This document shows, piece after piece, positions 8,199-16,458 of a stretch of 32,000 nt of DNA. The position numbers and the translations under genes were made by a program. Below the pieces are notes generated by a model. That model did not search any database. It worked only from the letters and a program-made list of their open reading frames with translations, and was not told the origin of the DNA. Position 1 is the first letter of the stretch; each line of letters begins with the position of its first letter. The stretch comes from Heliobacterium mobile. GTDB lineage: Bacteria > Bacillota > Desulfitobacteriia > Heliobacteriales > Heliobacteriaceae. The DNA lies in the NCBI RefSeq assembly GCF_009720735.1, contig NZ_WNKU01000006.1:60610-92609 (forward strand), in the 5' to 3' direction.

Positions 8199-10094
8199 CT
8201 AGCGGTTCAGGAGGGAACCCGTATACCGCAGTAGCTCGTTCGCACAGACGGGGCAGTAGCCGTGATCTTCGATGAGACGCGCGGTGACTTCGTTCATCCG
8301 CTTCAATTGTTCTGCGTTCGGCGTACGGGCCGATGTGGTGATTTTTACGACGTCCTTTAGATCGGCAAACAGTTTTTTCTCGATGGCCTCTTTCAGTCGT
8401 TCATGGGAGGTGTAGTCGAAGTTTTTACCTTTGCGGGCATAGGTGGACAGGCGGATGAGGATCTCCTCGCGGAAAGCTTTTTTGGCGTTTTCGCTGATCC
8501 CGATCTGCTCTTCGATGGACCGCATCAGTTTCTCATCAGGATCCATCTCCTCGTCGGTGATGGGATCACGAAGCTTGACACCGTTGCAGTAGGCTTCCAC
8601 GTTGTCGAGGTAGTTGTTGAGCAGTGTCCGGGCCGATTCTTCGTAGGCGTAGACGAACGCTTTTTGGACTTCTTTTTTCGCAATGTCGTCAAATTCTTTT
8701 CGGGAGATGGCGATAAAGTTCATCAGCCGGTCCCGCTCCTCCTTGGTGATGGAGGGATGTTGATCGAGTCCATCTTTGAGGGCGCGGAGCACGTCGAGCG
8801 CGTTGATGCAGACCGTATCCTTGCGAATGAAGGCCGAAGAAAGACGGTTAATGACATAGCGAGGATCGACACCGCTCATCCCCTCGTCGGTCACCTCATT
8901 CTGCAGTTCGACCAGGTCCTTTTGCTTAAAGCCCTCAACATCCTCCCCGTCATAGAGCCGCATCTTTTTGACAAGGTCCATGCCTTGTTTTTTTGATTCC
9001 TTCAGTCGCGACAGAACGGAGAAGATCGCTGCTGCCCGTAGGGCATGGGGAGCGATATGGATGTGTTGAAGATCGGACTGCTTGATGAGTTTTTCGTAAA
9101 TCCGAACTTCATCACTGACTCGCAAGTTATAAGGGACTCGGACCACGATCATCCGAGAGATGAGCGCTTCGTTTTTCTTATTGGAAACGAAAGTTTTATA
9201 TTCGCTTTCGTTTGTATGGGCACAGATCAGTTCGTCGGCACTGATGAGAGCGAAACGGCCAGCTTTAAAATTGCCTTCTTGGGAGAGTGACAGGAGGTTC
9301 CAGAGGAATTTTTCATCGGCTTTGAGCATCTCCTGAAATTCCATAATCCCCCGGTTCGACTTATTCAGTTCGCCATCAAAACGGTATGCTCGCGGATCTG
9401 ATTCGGAACCGTATTCCGATATGGTGGAGAAGTCGATAGAACCGGTCAAGTCCGCGATATCTTGGCTTTTCGGATCGGAAGGGCTGAAGGTTCCGATACC
9501 GATCCGTTTTTCTTCGGAAAAGAAGATTCGCTCCACCGGTACTTCTTCGATGCGACCGGCCCATTCCGTCTCGAGACGCATCTGGCAGTGGGGGCAGAGG
9601 TTTCCTTCAATGTAAAGTTTGTTCTCGTTCATGAAGTCTTCCCGCAGTTCCTTGGGAATGAGGTGAAGTGGTTCTTCATGCATCGGACATCCCTTAATGG
9701 CATACACAGCCCCTAGGGCTGTTCGGCTGTACTGTTCCATCCCCCGTTTTAACATCGTTACGATGGTCGATTTTCCCCCAGAGACGGGCCCCATGAGCAA
9801 CAGGATCCGTTTGCGCACTTCGGTCCGGCGGGCTGAGGAATGGAAGTATTCTTCGATAAGGGTTTCCAAGGTTTTATCCAAACCATAGATCTCATCATCG
9901 AAGAATTTGTAACGGCGAACCCCGTTGACCTCTTCCACTCCCTCGGAAACGATCATGTTATATATTCGGGAATGGGCCAGTTGGCTGATAAAGGGACGCT
10001 CTTTGACCAAAAGCAGATACTCCCGGAAAGTTCCTTCCCAGGCTAACTCTCTTTCCCGCTGACGGTAGTTTTCAAGCTTATGAAAGAAATCCAA
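8199..10094 (-). CDS. prkA: PrkA family AAA+ protein (annotated as serine protein kinase)
   Basis: Walker A motif LLMGPVSGGKST and PrkA-type conservation along the whole length. AAGGGGGA sits directly against ATG 10100 but 6 nt from TTG 10094. The TTG start gives MDFFHKLENYRQRE, which resembles known PrkA N-termini. The track start at 10136 has no RBS. Confidence 0.9.
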   Translation of the reverse strand: MDFFHKLENYRQRERELAWEGTFREYLLLVKERPFISQLAHSRIYNMIVSEGVEEVNGVRRYKFFDDEIYGLDKTLETLIEEYFHSSARRTEVRKRILLLMGPVSGGKSTIVTMLKRGMEQYSRTALGAVYAIKGCPMHEEPLHLIPKELREDFMNENKLYIEGNLCPHCQMRLETEWAGRIEEVPVERIFFSEEKRIGIGTFSPSDPKSQDIADLTGSIDFSTISEYGSESDPRAYRFDGELNKSNRGIMEFQEMLKADEKFLWNLLSLSQEGNFKAGRFALISADELICAHTNESEYKTFVSNKKNEALISRMIVVRVPYNLRVSDEVRIYEKLIKQSDLQHIHIAPHALRAAAIFSVLSRLKESKKQGMDLVKKMRLYDGEDVEGFKQKDLVELQNEVTDEGMSGVDPRYVINRLSSAFIRKDTVCINALDVLRALKDGLDQHPSITKEERDRLMNFIAISRKEFDDIAKKEVQKAFVYAYEESARTLLNNYLDNVEAYCNGVKLRDPITDEEMDPDEKLMRSIEEQIGISENAKKAFREEILIRLSTYARKGKNFDYTSHERLKEAIEKKLFADLKDVVKITTSARTPNAEQLKRMNEVTARLIEDHGYCPVCANELLRYTGSLLNR

Positions 10095-10293
10095 AATCAT
10101 TCCCCCTTGCAAGTAGTGTGAGGGTATGGTGAACATAGGCTTGTCGAAGTGGTTACTTCTACCTTATGCAGGGAGGTGAAGAAGAAACACTGAGGCTGTC
10201 CTTTGCTAGAATTTGCTTATTTTAATCGATGAGCTTACTTTTTAGTTTTAAAACAAAGTTACCACTTTGGATTTTTCTAAAAACAAGTTAGAG

Positions 10294-10322
10294 TTGACTT
10301 GTGCTTTATTACAAACTAACAA
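10294..10322 (+). promoter_or_regulatory. Candidate sigma-A promoter for the two-component operon
   Basis: TTGACT (10294-10299), a 17-nt spacer, then TAACAA(T) (10317-10322). Two direct repeats, AAAACAAAGTTA (10250-10261) and AAAAACAAGTTA (10279-10290), lie just upstream and could be response-regulator boxes. Confidence 0.3.
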
Positions 10323-10446
10323 TAGAATAAAAGCCAGATGGAAATGCTCCCTATTAACCCTTTCGTATAAACATCGAGCCGAAAAGTCGGATGTTTAATA
10401 TATTCGTTATTCAAACCACCCCTAGCCACGAAGGAGGTTTTCTCTC

Positions 10447-11280
10447 ATGGCTCTCATCTATGTCGCCGATGATGAACCACCTATCTTGGATCTAATCACC
10501 CGTTACCTTTTAAAAGACGGTTTTGACGTTCAAGGCTATACGAACGGAAAGGATATCTTGGATGCTTACCGACAACGAAAGCCTGACCTGATCATCCTCG
10601 ACATCATGATGCCTGGCGTCGATGGGCTGGAGATCTGTAAAATAATACGCCGGGAAAGCGATATCCCCATTATCATCGTATCGGCGAAAGATGACGAAAT
10701 CGACCGTATCGTCGGGCTAGAACTCGGCAGCGACGATTATCTCTCTAAGCCTTTCAGTCCTCGAGAACTGGTGGTTCGGGTAAAAAACATCCTTCGTCGC
10801 GTCACCTTAAGCTCAGAACACTCTTCGGCAAGTGTGACAACACCCGTAGCTGTACAAACGAGGTCTGTACAGCCAACATCTGAACACTCCCTACATATTC
10901 CATCTAACGCTACTGCTGATGCCTATGGCCAGCAAGAGGTAAGTCAAGGAACTTCTTCCCGCACCTCTGACGCAGATGCACTCCCCCACGTCCTTTGTCA
11001 TGACCTTCAGGTCTGGCCCGAAGCTCGAAAAGTTTCCAGCCCTAAGGGAGACTTGGATCTGACGGCTAAAGAGTATGAACTGCTTTGCTTCCTCATCACC
11101 AACCGAAAAAAGGCTTATACCCGCGACCAATTGCTGAACCAGGTCTGGGGATATACCTATACCGGCAGCCCCCGCACCATCGATGACCTGATCAAACGAC
11201 TCCGAAAAAAACTAGTCCACGGAGGTTCATCCTTGGAGATTAAGACCGTTTGGGGCTACGGATATATAATCGAAGACTAG
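10447..11280 (+). CDS. OmpR/PhoB-family response regulator with an unusually long Ser/Thr-rich interdomain linker
   Basis: The receiver domain has DDE at residues 8-10, D52 in IILDIMMPG, SAKD and KPF. The winged-helix domain has LTAKEYELLCFL...TVWGYGY. AAGGAGG RBS. Confidence 0.9.
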   Translation: MALIYVADDEPPILDLITRYLLKDGFDVQGYTNGKDILDAYRQRKPDLIILDIMMPGVDGLEICKIIRRESDIPIIIVSAKDDEIDRIVGLELGSDDYLSKPFSPRELVVRVKNILRRVTLSSEHSSASVTTPVAVQTRSVQPTSEHSLHIPSNATADAYGQQEVSQGTSSRTSDADALPHVLCHDLQVWPEARKVSSPKGDLDLTAKEYELLCFLITNRKKAYTRDQLLNQVWGYTYTGSPRTIDDLIKRLRKKLVHGGSSLEIKTVWGYGYIIED

Positions 11281-11287
11281 AAATGAG

Positions 11288-12691
11288 ATGGAAATCATGG
11301 CGAAACCCTATCTTCGCACGTCTACAACACTCTCTTTCGGGAGACGGATCATCGTCAGCTATTTGATCCTTCTGGTCATCGCTTTTATCATCGCCGATAT
11401 ATCTTTTAACACGCTCACCCGGCAATACCTGATCAAGGAGACAAAAGCCGGTCTGCTGGAGCAGGGAAACATCATCGTCTCCATGAATAAAAAAGCCACC
11501 TTAAATCCCTTAGCGGAATTGCGGGTGAACCGGATCCTGCTCAACACCCTCGAGGCGAATACAGTTGTCGTCGATACGAACGGAATCATCATCAATTCAA
11601 ACCGTCCCCGCCGCTACCCGGTAGGCGAAAAGTTTGTCTATCCCGATCTGCCTAAGGTACTAGCCGGAGAGACGACAGACAAGCTGTGGAGTAGTGGCAG
11701 CGAAGATATGGTCGGCGTCGGGGTACCCCTTTCCGCAAAAGACGGCTCTATCGCCGGCGGGGTGATCCTCTTTTCTGCGCTGGAAAATATCGATAGCATG
11801 TCCCGGCAGATCAACCGGCAGATTCTCAAAGGCCTATTCATTTCGAGCATTATTGCACTGTTCATCGGAGTTTTCATGTCTCGTTCCATCGCCAACCCTG
11901 CAAGCAAACTGAAATCAGCCGCCTTAGCTCTAGCCGATCGCAAGTATGATGTGGAATTACCAGTCGAACGGACTGATGAACTCGGTGAATTGGCCCGCTC
12001 CTTTCATATCATGCGGGACCGGATCAAAGCCTACGATGAAATACAGCGCTCTTTTTTACAGACGGCTTCTCACGAACTGAAAACACCACTCATGTCTATT
12101 CAAGGTTATGCCGAGGGCATCAAAGACGGTGTCTTCGAAGGGGCTGACGCCGAGAAAAGCTTAGACATCATCATCAGTGAGAGCCGGCGCTTAAAAGGCA
12201 TCGTAGACGAAATGATCCTTTTATCGAAACTGGAGTCTCTCGACGGCATCTACCACTTTCAACCGGTCACGGCTGGACAAATCGCTTATGAAGCGGCTGA
12301 AAAAATGCGCGGATTCGCCCTTGAACTGCAAAAAGAAATTCGATTTACCGACGAAAGGAAGACCCAGTCGTCACCGACTTTCCCCGGTGACCGGGACAAA
12401 CTGATTCAAGCGGTGATCAATCTGTTGAGCAATGCCCTTCGCCATGCCAGGTCGCACGTTGAGATCGTCGCCGGCGATGATTCGATCCGGGTCCGCGATG
12501 ATGGGGACGGCATCGCACCAGAGGAAATTCCGAAACTGTTTCAACGGTTCTATAAAGGGACTCGCGGCGACACGGGCTTGGGATTGTCCATTGCACTGGC
12601 TATCGTCGAAAAACATGGCGGCCGTATCGACCTCTCGAATCGCCCCTCTGGCGGCGCCGAATTTACACTGACTTTTGCTCCCCGAGCATGA
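11288..12691 (+). CDS. Sensor histidine kinase (2 TM, extracytoplasmic loop, HAMP, HisKA, HATPase_c)
   Basis: H-box FLQTASHELKTPL, N-box LLSNALRHA, G1 box RDDGDGI and G2 box GLGLSIA. TM segments occur near residues 20-40 and 185-205. An alternative start is ATG 11297. Confidence 0.9.
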   Translation: MEIMAKPYLRTSTTLSFGRRIIVSYLILLVIAFIIADISFNTLTRQYLIKETKAGLLEQGNIIVSMNKKATLNPLAELRVNRILLNTLEANTVVVDTNGIIINSNRPRRYPVGEKFVYPDLPKVLAGETTDKLWSSGSEDMVGVGVPLSAKDGSIAGGVILFSALENIDSMSRQINRQILKGLFISSIIALFIGVFMSRSIANPASKLKSAALALADRKYDVELPVERTDELGELARSFHIMRDRIKAYDEIQRSFLQTASHELKTPLMSIQGYAEGIKDGVFEGADAEKSLDIIISESRRLKGIVDEMILLSKLESLDGIYHFQPVTAGQIAYEAAEKMRGFALELQKEIRFTDERKTQSSPTFPGDRDKLIQAVINLLSNALRHARSHVEIVAGDDSIRVRDDGDGIAPEEIPKLFQRFYKGTRGDTGLGLSIALAIVEKHGGRIDLSNRPSGGAEFTLTFAPRA

Positions 12692-12811
12692 AAATCACAC
12701 AGAAATTCCACAAATCCCTCATTTTTGTGCCATAAGCGGTAGGTAGAATAAAAACTGTCGAAAGACATTCGAACAACTAAACGCTTTAGCACTAAAAAGG
12801 AGGAATCCCTT

Positions 12812-13441
12812 ATGAAACGATGGCTGACTACGATCGTCTTAGGCTCAAGCCTGCTCATGGCTCCTGCTGCTTTTGCCGCTGACGCCACAACCACGACAGA
12901 CCCGGTTCTCTCTCCCGTCATCACGACGGACGACAGCTCCCTGACCGATCCGGTAAGCACCTCTGCAGATTCCGGCAAAATGACTGCGGCAGAACGGCAA
13001 GCCTGGAAATCGGCGCTGGCACCGAAACAGGAACAATTGAAATCTCTGCGGCAACAAGTCAAAGACCTTCGGGGTAAACTCAAAGCGGAAACCCAATTGA
13101 ATAAAGATGCCCGCCATTCCTTGCAAGGATCTCTGTCCAAAGAACAAAAGCAAACTCTGAAAACATCGCTCCAACCGAATGCGGAGCAACGGAAAGCCCT
13201 TCATGAAGAGTTGAAAAATTTACAGGGCCAACGGAAACAAGCGGTAGAAGCACTGAAAGCGGCCCGGAGCGCCCACGATCTGAATGCGGCGCAAGCGGCA
13301 CTGGACCAACTCATCAACCTGGAACAACAACTCCTCGATAAAGGAAATCAACTCCTCACCGTAAAAGGATCGATTCACGATATCCTGACTAACGCAGCTC
13401 AACCGGCTCCAGTACAATGGGCTGCGGCAAACCAACAATAA
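12812..13441 (+). CDS. Secreted coiled-coil protein, Spy/CpxP- or YckD(DUF2680)-like
   Basis: Signal peptide MKRWLTTIVLGSSLLMAPAAFA|AD, a Thr/Ser/Asp-rich spacer, then helical Q/K/L-rich repeats with LTxxQ-like motifs (MTAAERQ, LSKEQKQ). AAGGAGG RBS 8 nt upstream. Confidence 0.55.
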   Translation: MKRWLTTIVLGSSLLMAPAAFAADATTTTDPVLSPVITTDDSSLTDPVSTSADSGKMTAAERQAWKSALAPKQEQLKSLRQQVKDLRGKLKAETQLNKDARHSLQGSLSKEQKQTLKTSLQPNAEQRKALHEELKNLQGQRKQAVEALKAARSAHDLNAAQAALDQLINLEQQLLDKGNQLLTVKGSIHDILTNAAQPAPVQWAAANQQ

Positions 13442-13460
13442 TAGACGTTCCTTATTGAAC

Positions 13461-13514
13461 AGCAGCGAAGCAAAAATCCAGCCCGATGATGGGCTGGATT
13501 TTTGCTTCGCTGCT
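13461..13514. terminator. Bidirectional terminator inside a 24-bp perfect inverted repeat
   Basis: Arms agcagcgaagcaaaaatccagccc and gggctggatttttgcttcgctgct flank a gatgat loop. The inner part has the A5/T5 tracts of a two-way intrinsic terminator. Confidence 0.8.
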
Positions 13515-13765
13515 CAGATCCGTCCTTTTCCTGCCTTCACATTCCGAATGATCGCTTTTTCGGACCGATCGGAAAATTCCGTTGCAGCGACAGCGGTGAT
13601 ATTTTCCGGATCCTGGGCTGCAATGTTACGAATCGACTGGTTACCTTGGAGAGTCTCATTCCCTGTCGTCAAAATATTATCGACCTCCCATAAAAAGATG
13701 TGGCTCCCTTTAAAATCTGTTGACGTTAGTCCCCACCTCTTAGTTACGATATCAGTATGCCCCAC
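13514..13765 (-). CDS. Hypothetical small protein (83 aa from a GTG start), possibly a decayed gene
   Basis: The ORF sits between two terminators and has a weak GGGAAGGG RBS 10 nt upstream of the GTG. I recognise no family. The frame stays open upstream to 13912 without any ATG, GTG or TTG. Confidence 0.25.
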   Translation of the reverse strand: MGHTDIVTKRWGLTSTDFKGSHIFLWEVDNILTTGNETLQGNQSIRNIAAQDPENITAVAATEFSDRSEKAIIRNVKAGKGRI

Positions 13766-13852
13766 AGGAAAGTGGCCCTTCCCTACGCTCTCGTATTCGG
13801 CGATCCTTTTTTCCGTTCCCGTAATTCTAAAGGGCCGGATCGTTTCCCGAAC

Positions 13853-13893
13853 AAAAAAGTCATCCCCGATAGCAGGTACGCTTTGGGGATGAC
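13853..13893 (-). terminator. Rho-independent terminator of metNIQ
   Basis: Stem gtcatcccc / ggggatgac, followed on the minus strand by a T6 run. It lies 30 nt after the metQ stop. Confidence 0.8.
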
Positions 13894-13922
13894 TTTTGGC
13901 TATGTGGTCTGGCTATGTTCGA

Positions 13923-14738
13923 TTAAAAGGCCGCTACGACAGCACCTTTGTACTTTTCATCGATAAACTTCTTCACTTCGGGGCTGGTTAACGCCTTCAT
14001 CAGCTTCTGAACGGCTTCATTGTTCTCATTGCCGGTCTTGACGACGACAATATTCACGTAGGGAGAGTCCTTGCCTTCCATGGCGATGGCGTCCTTCACC
14101 GGGTTGAGACCGGCACCGAGGGCAAAGTTGGTGTTGATGACGGCAATGTCCGTGTCATCGAGAACCTTAGGCAGCATAGCCGCTTCCAGTTCTGTGATTT
14201 GCAGTTTCTTGGGATTGTCGATAATCTGTTTTTTCATCGCTTCTGTACCTGCATTCGGTTCCAGTTTGATCAGGCCTTGGGCTTGCAGCAGCAACAGGGC
14301 ACGGCCTCCGTTGGTCGGATCGTTGGGGATAGCGACTTTCGCTCCCTCTTTCAATTCGGTCAGGGCTTTTACCTTTTGGGAGTAAATGCCCATGGGCTCG
14401 ATATGAACGCCGCCGACGGAAGTCAAGCTGAGGTTGTGTTCTTTGGCGAAACTCTTCAGGTACGGTGTATGTTGAAAGAAGTTGGCCGACAATTCACCGT
14501 CGGATACGGCCAGGTTGGGCTGAACATAGTCGTTGAACTCAACGATTTCCAGGTTGATGCCGTCTTTCGCGAGAATGTCTTTGGCGATTTTCGCGATTTC
14601 GGCGTGAGGCACTGGGGATACACCGAGTTTAATGGTTTTGGACTGGCTGCCGGTGTCTTTGGCTCCGCAGCCGGCGATGCCGAAAGCGGTGATGATGAGT
14701 ACTAGGATCAATCCAGTAACTTTGATGAATCTTTTCAT
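13923..14738 (-). CDS. metQ: Methionine ABC transporter substrate-binding lipoprotein (NlpA/MetQ family)
   Basis: Lipobox in MKRFIKVTGLILVLIITAFGIAG|CG, and NlpA-family conservation (IKLGVSPVPHAEI, FQHTPYL, IPNDPTNGGRAL). The ATG overlaps the metI stop (TAATG). The track's 363-aa version runs into metI. Confidence 0.9.
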   Translation of the reverse strand: MKRFIKVTGLILVLIITAFGIAGCGAKDTGSQSKTIKLGVSPVPHAEIAKIAKDILAKDGINLEIVEFNDYVQPNLAVSDGELSANFFQHTPYLKSFAKEHNLSLTSVGGVHIEPMGIYSQKVKALTELKEGAKVAIPNDPTNGGRALLLLQAQGLIKLEPNAGTEAMKKQIIDNPKKLQITELEAAMLPKVLDDTDIAVINTNFALGAGLNPVKDAIAMEGKDSPYVNIVVVKTGNENNEAVQKLMKALTSPEVKKFIDEKYKGAVVAAF

Positions 14739-15391
14739 TACAGTAACCCCCTGTTTTTTCGAATTTTGCTTGTCAGGAAATCTCCAATACTTTGAAACAC
14801 TTGAACCATGACGACAAGGATGACCACGGTCACCCAGGTCACTTCGTTGTTGTTGCGCATGTAGCCTTCGCGAATCGCTAGGTCGCCCAATCCACCTCCT
14901 CCCACAGCACCGGCCATGGCCGAATAACCGATCAAAGTGACAAAGGTGATGATGATGCCCAACAGAATTCCTGGCAGAGCTTCCGGCAGCAGGACCATAC
15001 GGATGATCTGCCACGGCGTCGCCCCCATGGCCCGGGCGGCCTCGATGATGCCTTTATTGATCTCTTTCAGCGATGATTCGATCAACCGAGCCACGAAAGG
15101 GATGGCTGCAATCGTTAAGGGAACGATGGCCGCCGTCGTACCGATACGGCTTCCGACGAGGACCTTCGTCAGCGGTAGAATCGCCACCAGCAAGATGATA
15201 AAGGGAATGGAGCGAAAGACGTTGATGAGGAAACCGAGTGTGTTATTCAAAAGACGGTTCGGTCCGATGCTGCCCTTTTCCGTTACCACCAGAAGGATAC
15301 CGAGCGGGATCCCCAGAACGGTCGCTACGGTCGAAGAGATGAGGACCATGTAAAAGGTCTCCCAGGCAGACTGTAGGTATGTTTCAACCAT
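14738..15391 (-). CDS. metI: Methionine ABC transporter permease
   Basis: 217 aa, multi-TM, with the EAA-type loop IEAARAMGATPWQII. The start overlaps the metN stop by 8 nt. Confidence 0.9.
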   Translation of the reverse strand: MVETYLQSAWETFYMVLISSTVATVLGIPLGILLVVTEKGSIGPNRLLNNTLGFLINVFRSIPFIILLVAILPLTKVLVGSRIGTTAAIVPLTIAAIPFVARLIESSLKEINKGIIEAARAMGATPWQIIRMVLLPEALPGILLGIIITFVTLIGYSAMAGAVGGGGLGDLAIREGYMRNNNEVTWVTVVILVVMVQVFQSIGDFLTSKIRKNRGLL

Positions 15392-16412
15392 GGCGGATCA
15401 CCTCCAAGCGGACATGGGTCGACCGGATATACTCGATGGCATGCAAGATATTTGTCTCTTCACCGGTCAGTTCAATCAGCAGCGTGCCAAAGGCGGTGTC
15501 ACGAAGGCTGTCTACGTTGCCGAAGAGGATATTGGCATCTACATCAAAGCGGCGAATCACCGTTGAAATGAGCGGTTCATTAACCCCTTCGCCGACAAAG
15601 CTCACCCGGATGAGCACTCCCCGAGGTGACTGATGAAACAGTCCCTCTTCCAAGAGGTGCTGGAGCTTGTCCCCTTCCAAGGCGCCCTGCACAAACTCTT
15701 TCACGACCGGTGAACGGGGATTGGTAAAGATCTGGCGCACCGAATCGGCTTCAATGATCTGACCATGTTCAATGAAAGCGACGTAGTCGCAAATCTCTCG
15801 GATGACATTCATCTCATGGGTGATAAGCACGACCGTCAGGTCCAACTTCTTGTTGATGTCGCTGATCAACCGAAGAATCGATTGGGTCGTCTGTGGATCC
15901 AGGGCAGAGGTGGCCTCATCGCAAAGGAGGATCTTCGGGTGATTAGCCAGCGCCCGAGCGATCCCGACCCGCTGTTTCTGACCACCGCTCAGATTGGATA
16001 CGTATGTATCAGCTTTCTCTTCTAACCCCACCAGCGGCAGCAGTTCGGCGACCCTTGCTCGGATTTGTTCTTTCGGTACACCGCAGATTTCTAAGGGAAA
16101 GGCGATATTCTCAGCGACTGTCCGGGAAGTGAGCAAGTTAAAATGCTGAAAAATCATGCCGATTTGCTGGCGAAGGACACGCAGTTGGCTTTCACTGTAT
16201 CGGGTAATGTCCTCTCCATCGATGATGACGTTGCCCTCTGTCGGCCGTTCCAGCATGTTGATCGTGCGGATGAGCGTGCTTTTTCCGGCGCCGCTGGGGC
16301 CGATGATGCCGTAAATCTTCCCTTTGGGAATCGTCAAGGTGATGCCATCCAGGGCATGCAGCGGTCCGCTTGGTCCCTGGTATGTTTTCCTCAAGCTCTT
16401 TATCTCGATCAT
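15384..16412 (-). CDS. metN: Methionine ABC transporter ATP-binding protein with a C-terminal NIL domain
   Basis: Walker A GPSGAGKST, signature LSGGQKQR, Walker B LLCDEATSALD, and a C-terminal NIL-like domain. The start is MIEIKSLRK with an AAGGAGG RBS. The longer track ORF reads through the riboswitch. Confidence 0.92.
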   Translation of the reverse strand: MIEIKSLRKTYQGPSGPLHALDGITLTIPKGKIYGIIGPSGAGKSTLIRTINMLERPTEGNVIIDGEDITRYSESQLRVLRQQIGMIFQHFNLLTSRTVAENIAFPLEICGVPKEQIRARVAELLPLVGLEEKADTYVSNLSGGQKQRVGIARALANHPKILLCDEATSALDPQTTQSILRLISDINKKLDLTVVLITHEMNVIREICDYVAFIEHGQIIEADSVRQIFTNPRSPVVKEFVQGALEGDKLQHLLEEGLFHQSPRGVLIRVSFVGEGVNEPLISTVIRRFDVDANILFGNVDSLRDTAFGTLLIELTGEETNILHAIEYIRSTHVRLEVIRHG

Positions 16413-16458
16413 TTCGCTAAGTACCTCCTTGCATGGACCATTTCTGTTTATACCATCG

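Noticed and set aside
8403-8996. 197-aa plus-strand ORF, plus several 60-120-aa ORFs, antisense to prkA and yhbH
   Set aside because: They are wholly contained antisense to strongly conserved genes, have low-complexity composition rich in Val, Gly, Asp and Phe, and lack RBSs. This is a typical shadow-ORF artefact.
12550-13204. Minus-strand ORFs 12550..13140 (196 aa) and 12845..13204 (119 aa)
   Set aside because: They are antisense to the histidine-kinase 3' end and to the secreted coiled-coil protein gene. They are Arg/Cys/Ser-rich and have no RBS.
13455-13892. 145-aa plus-strand ORF
   Set aside because: It starts at a TTG inside the 54-nt terminator palindrome and runs through a second terminator. 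It has no RBS and is implausible as a gene.
14739-15014. N-terminal extension of the metQ ORF (the 363-aa version)
   Set aside because: The extension overlaps metI in another frame and is Arg/His/Gly-rich. The lipoprotein signal peptide with its lipobox starts at ATG 14738.
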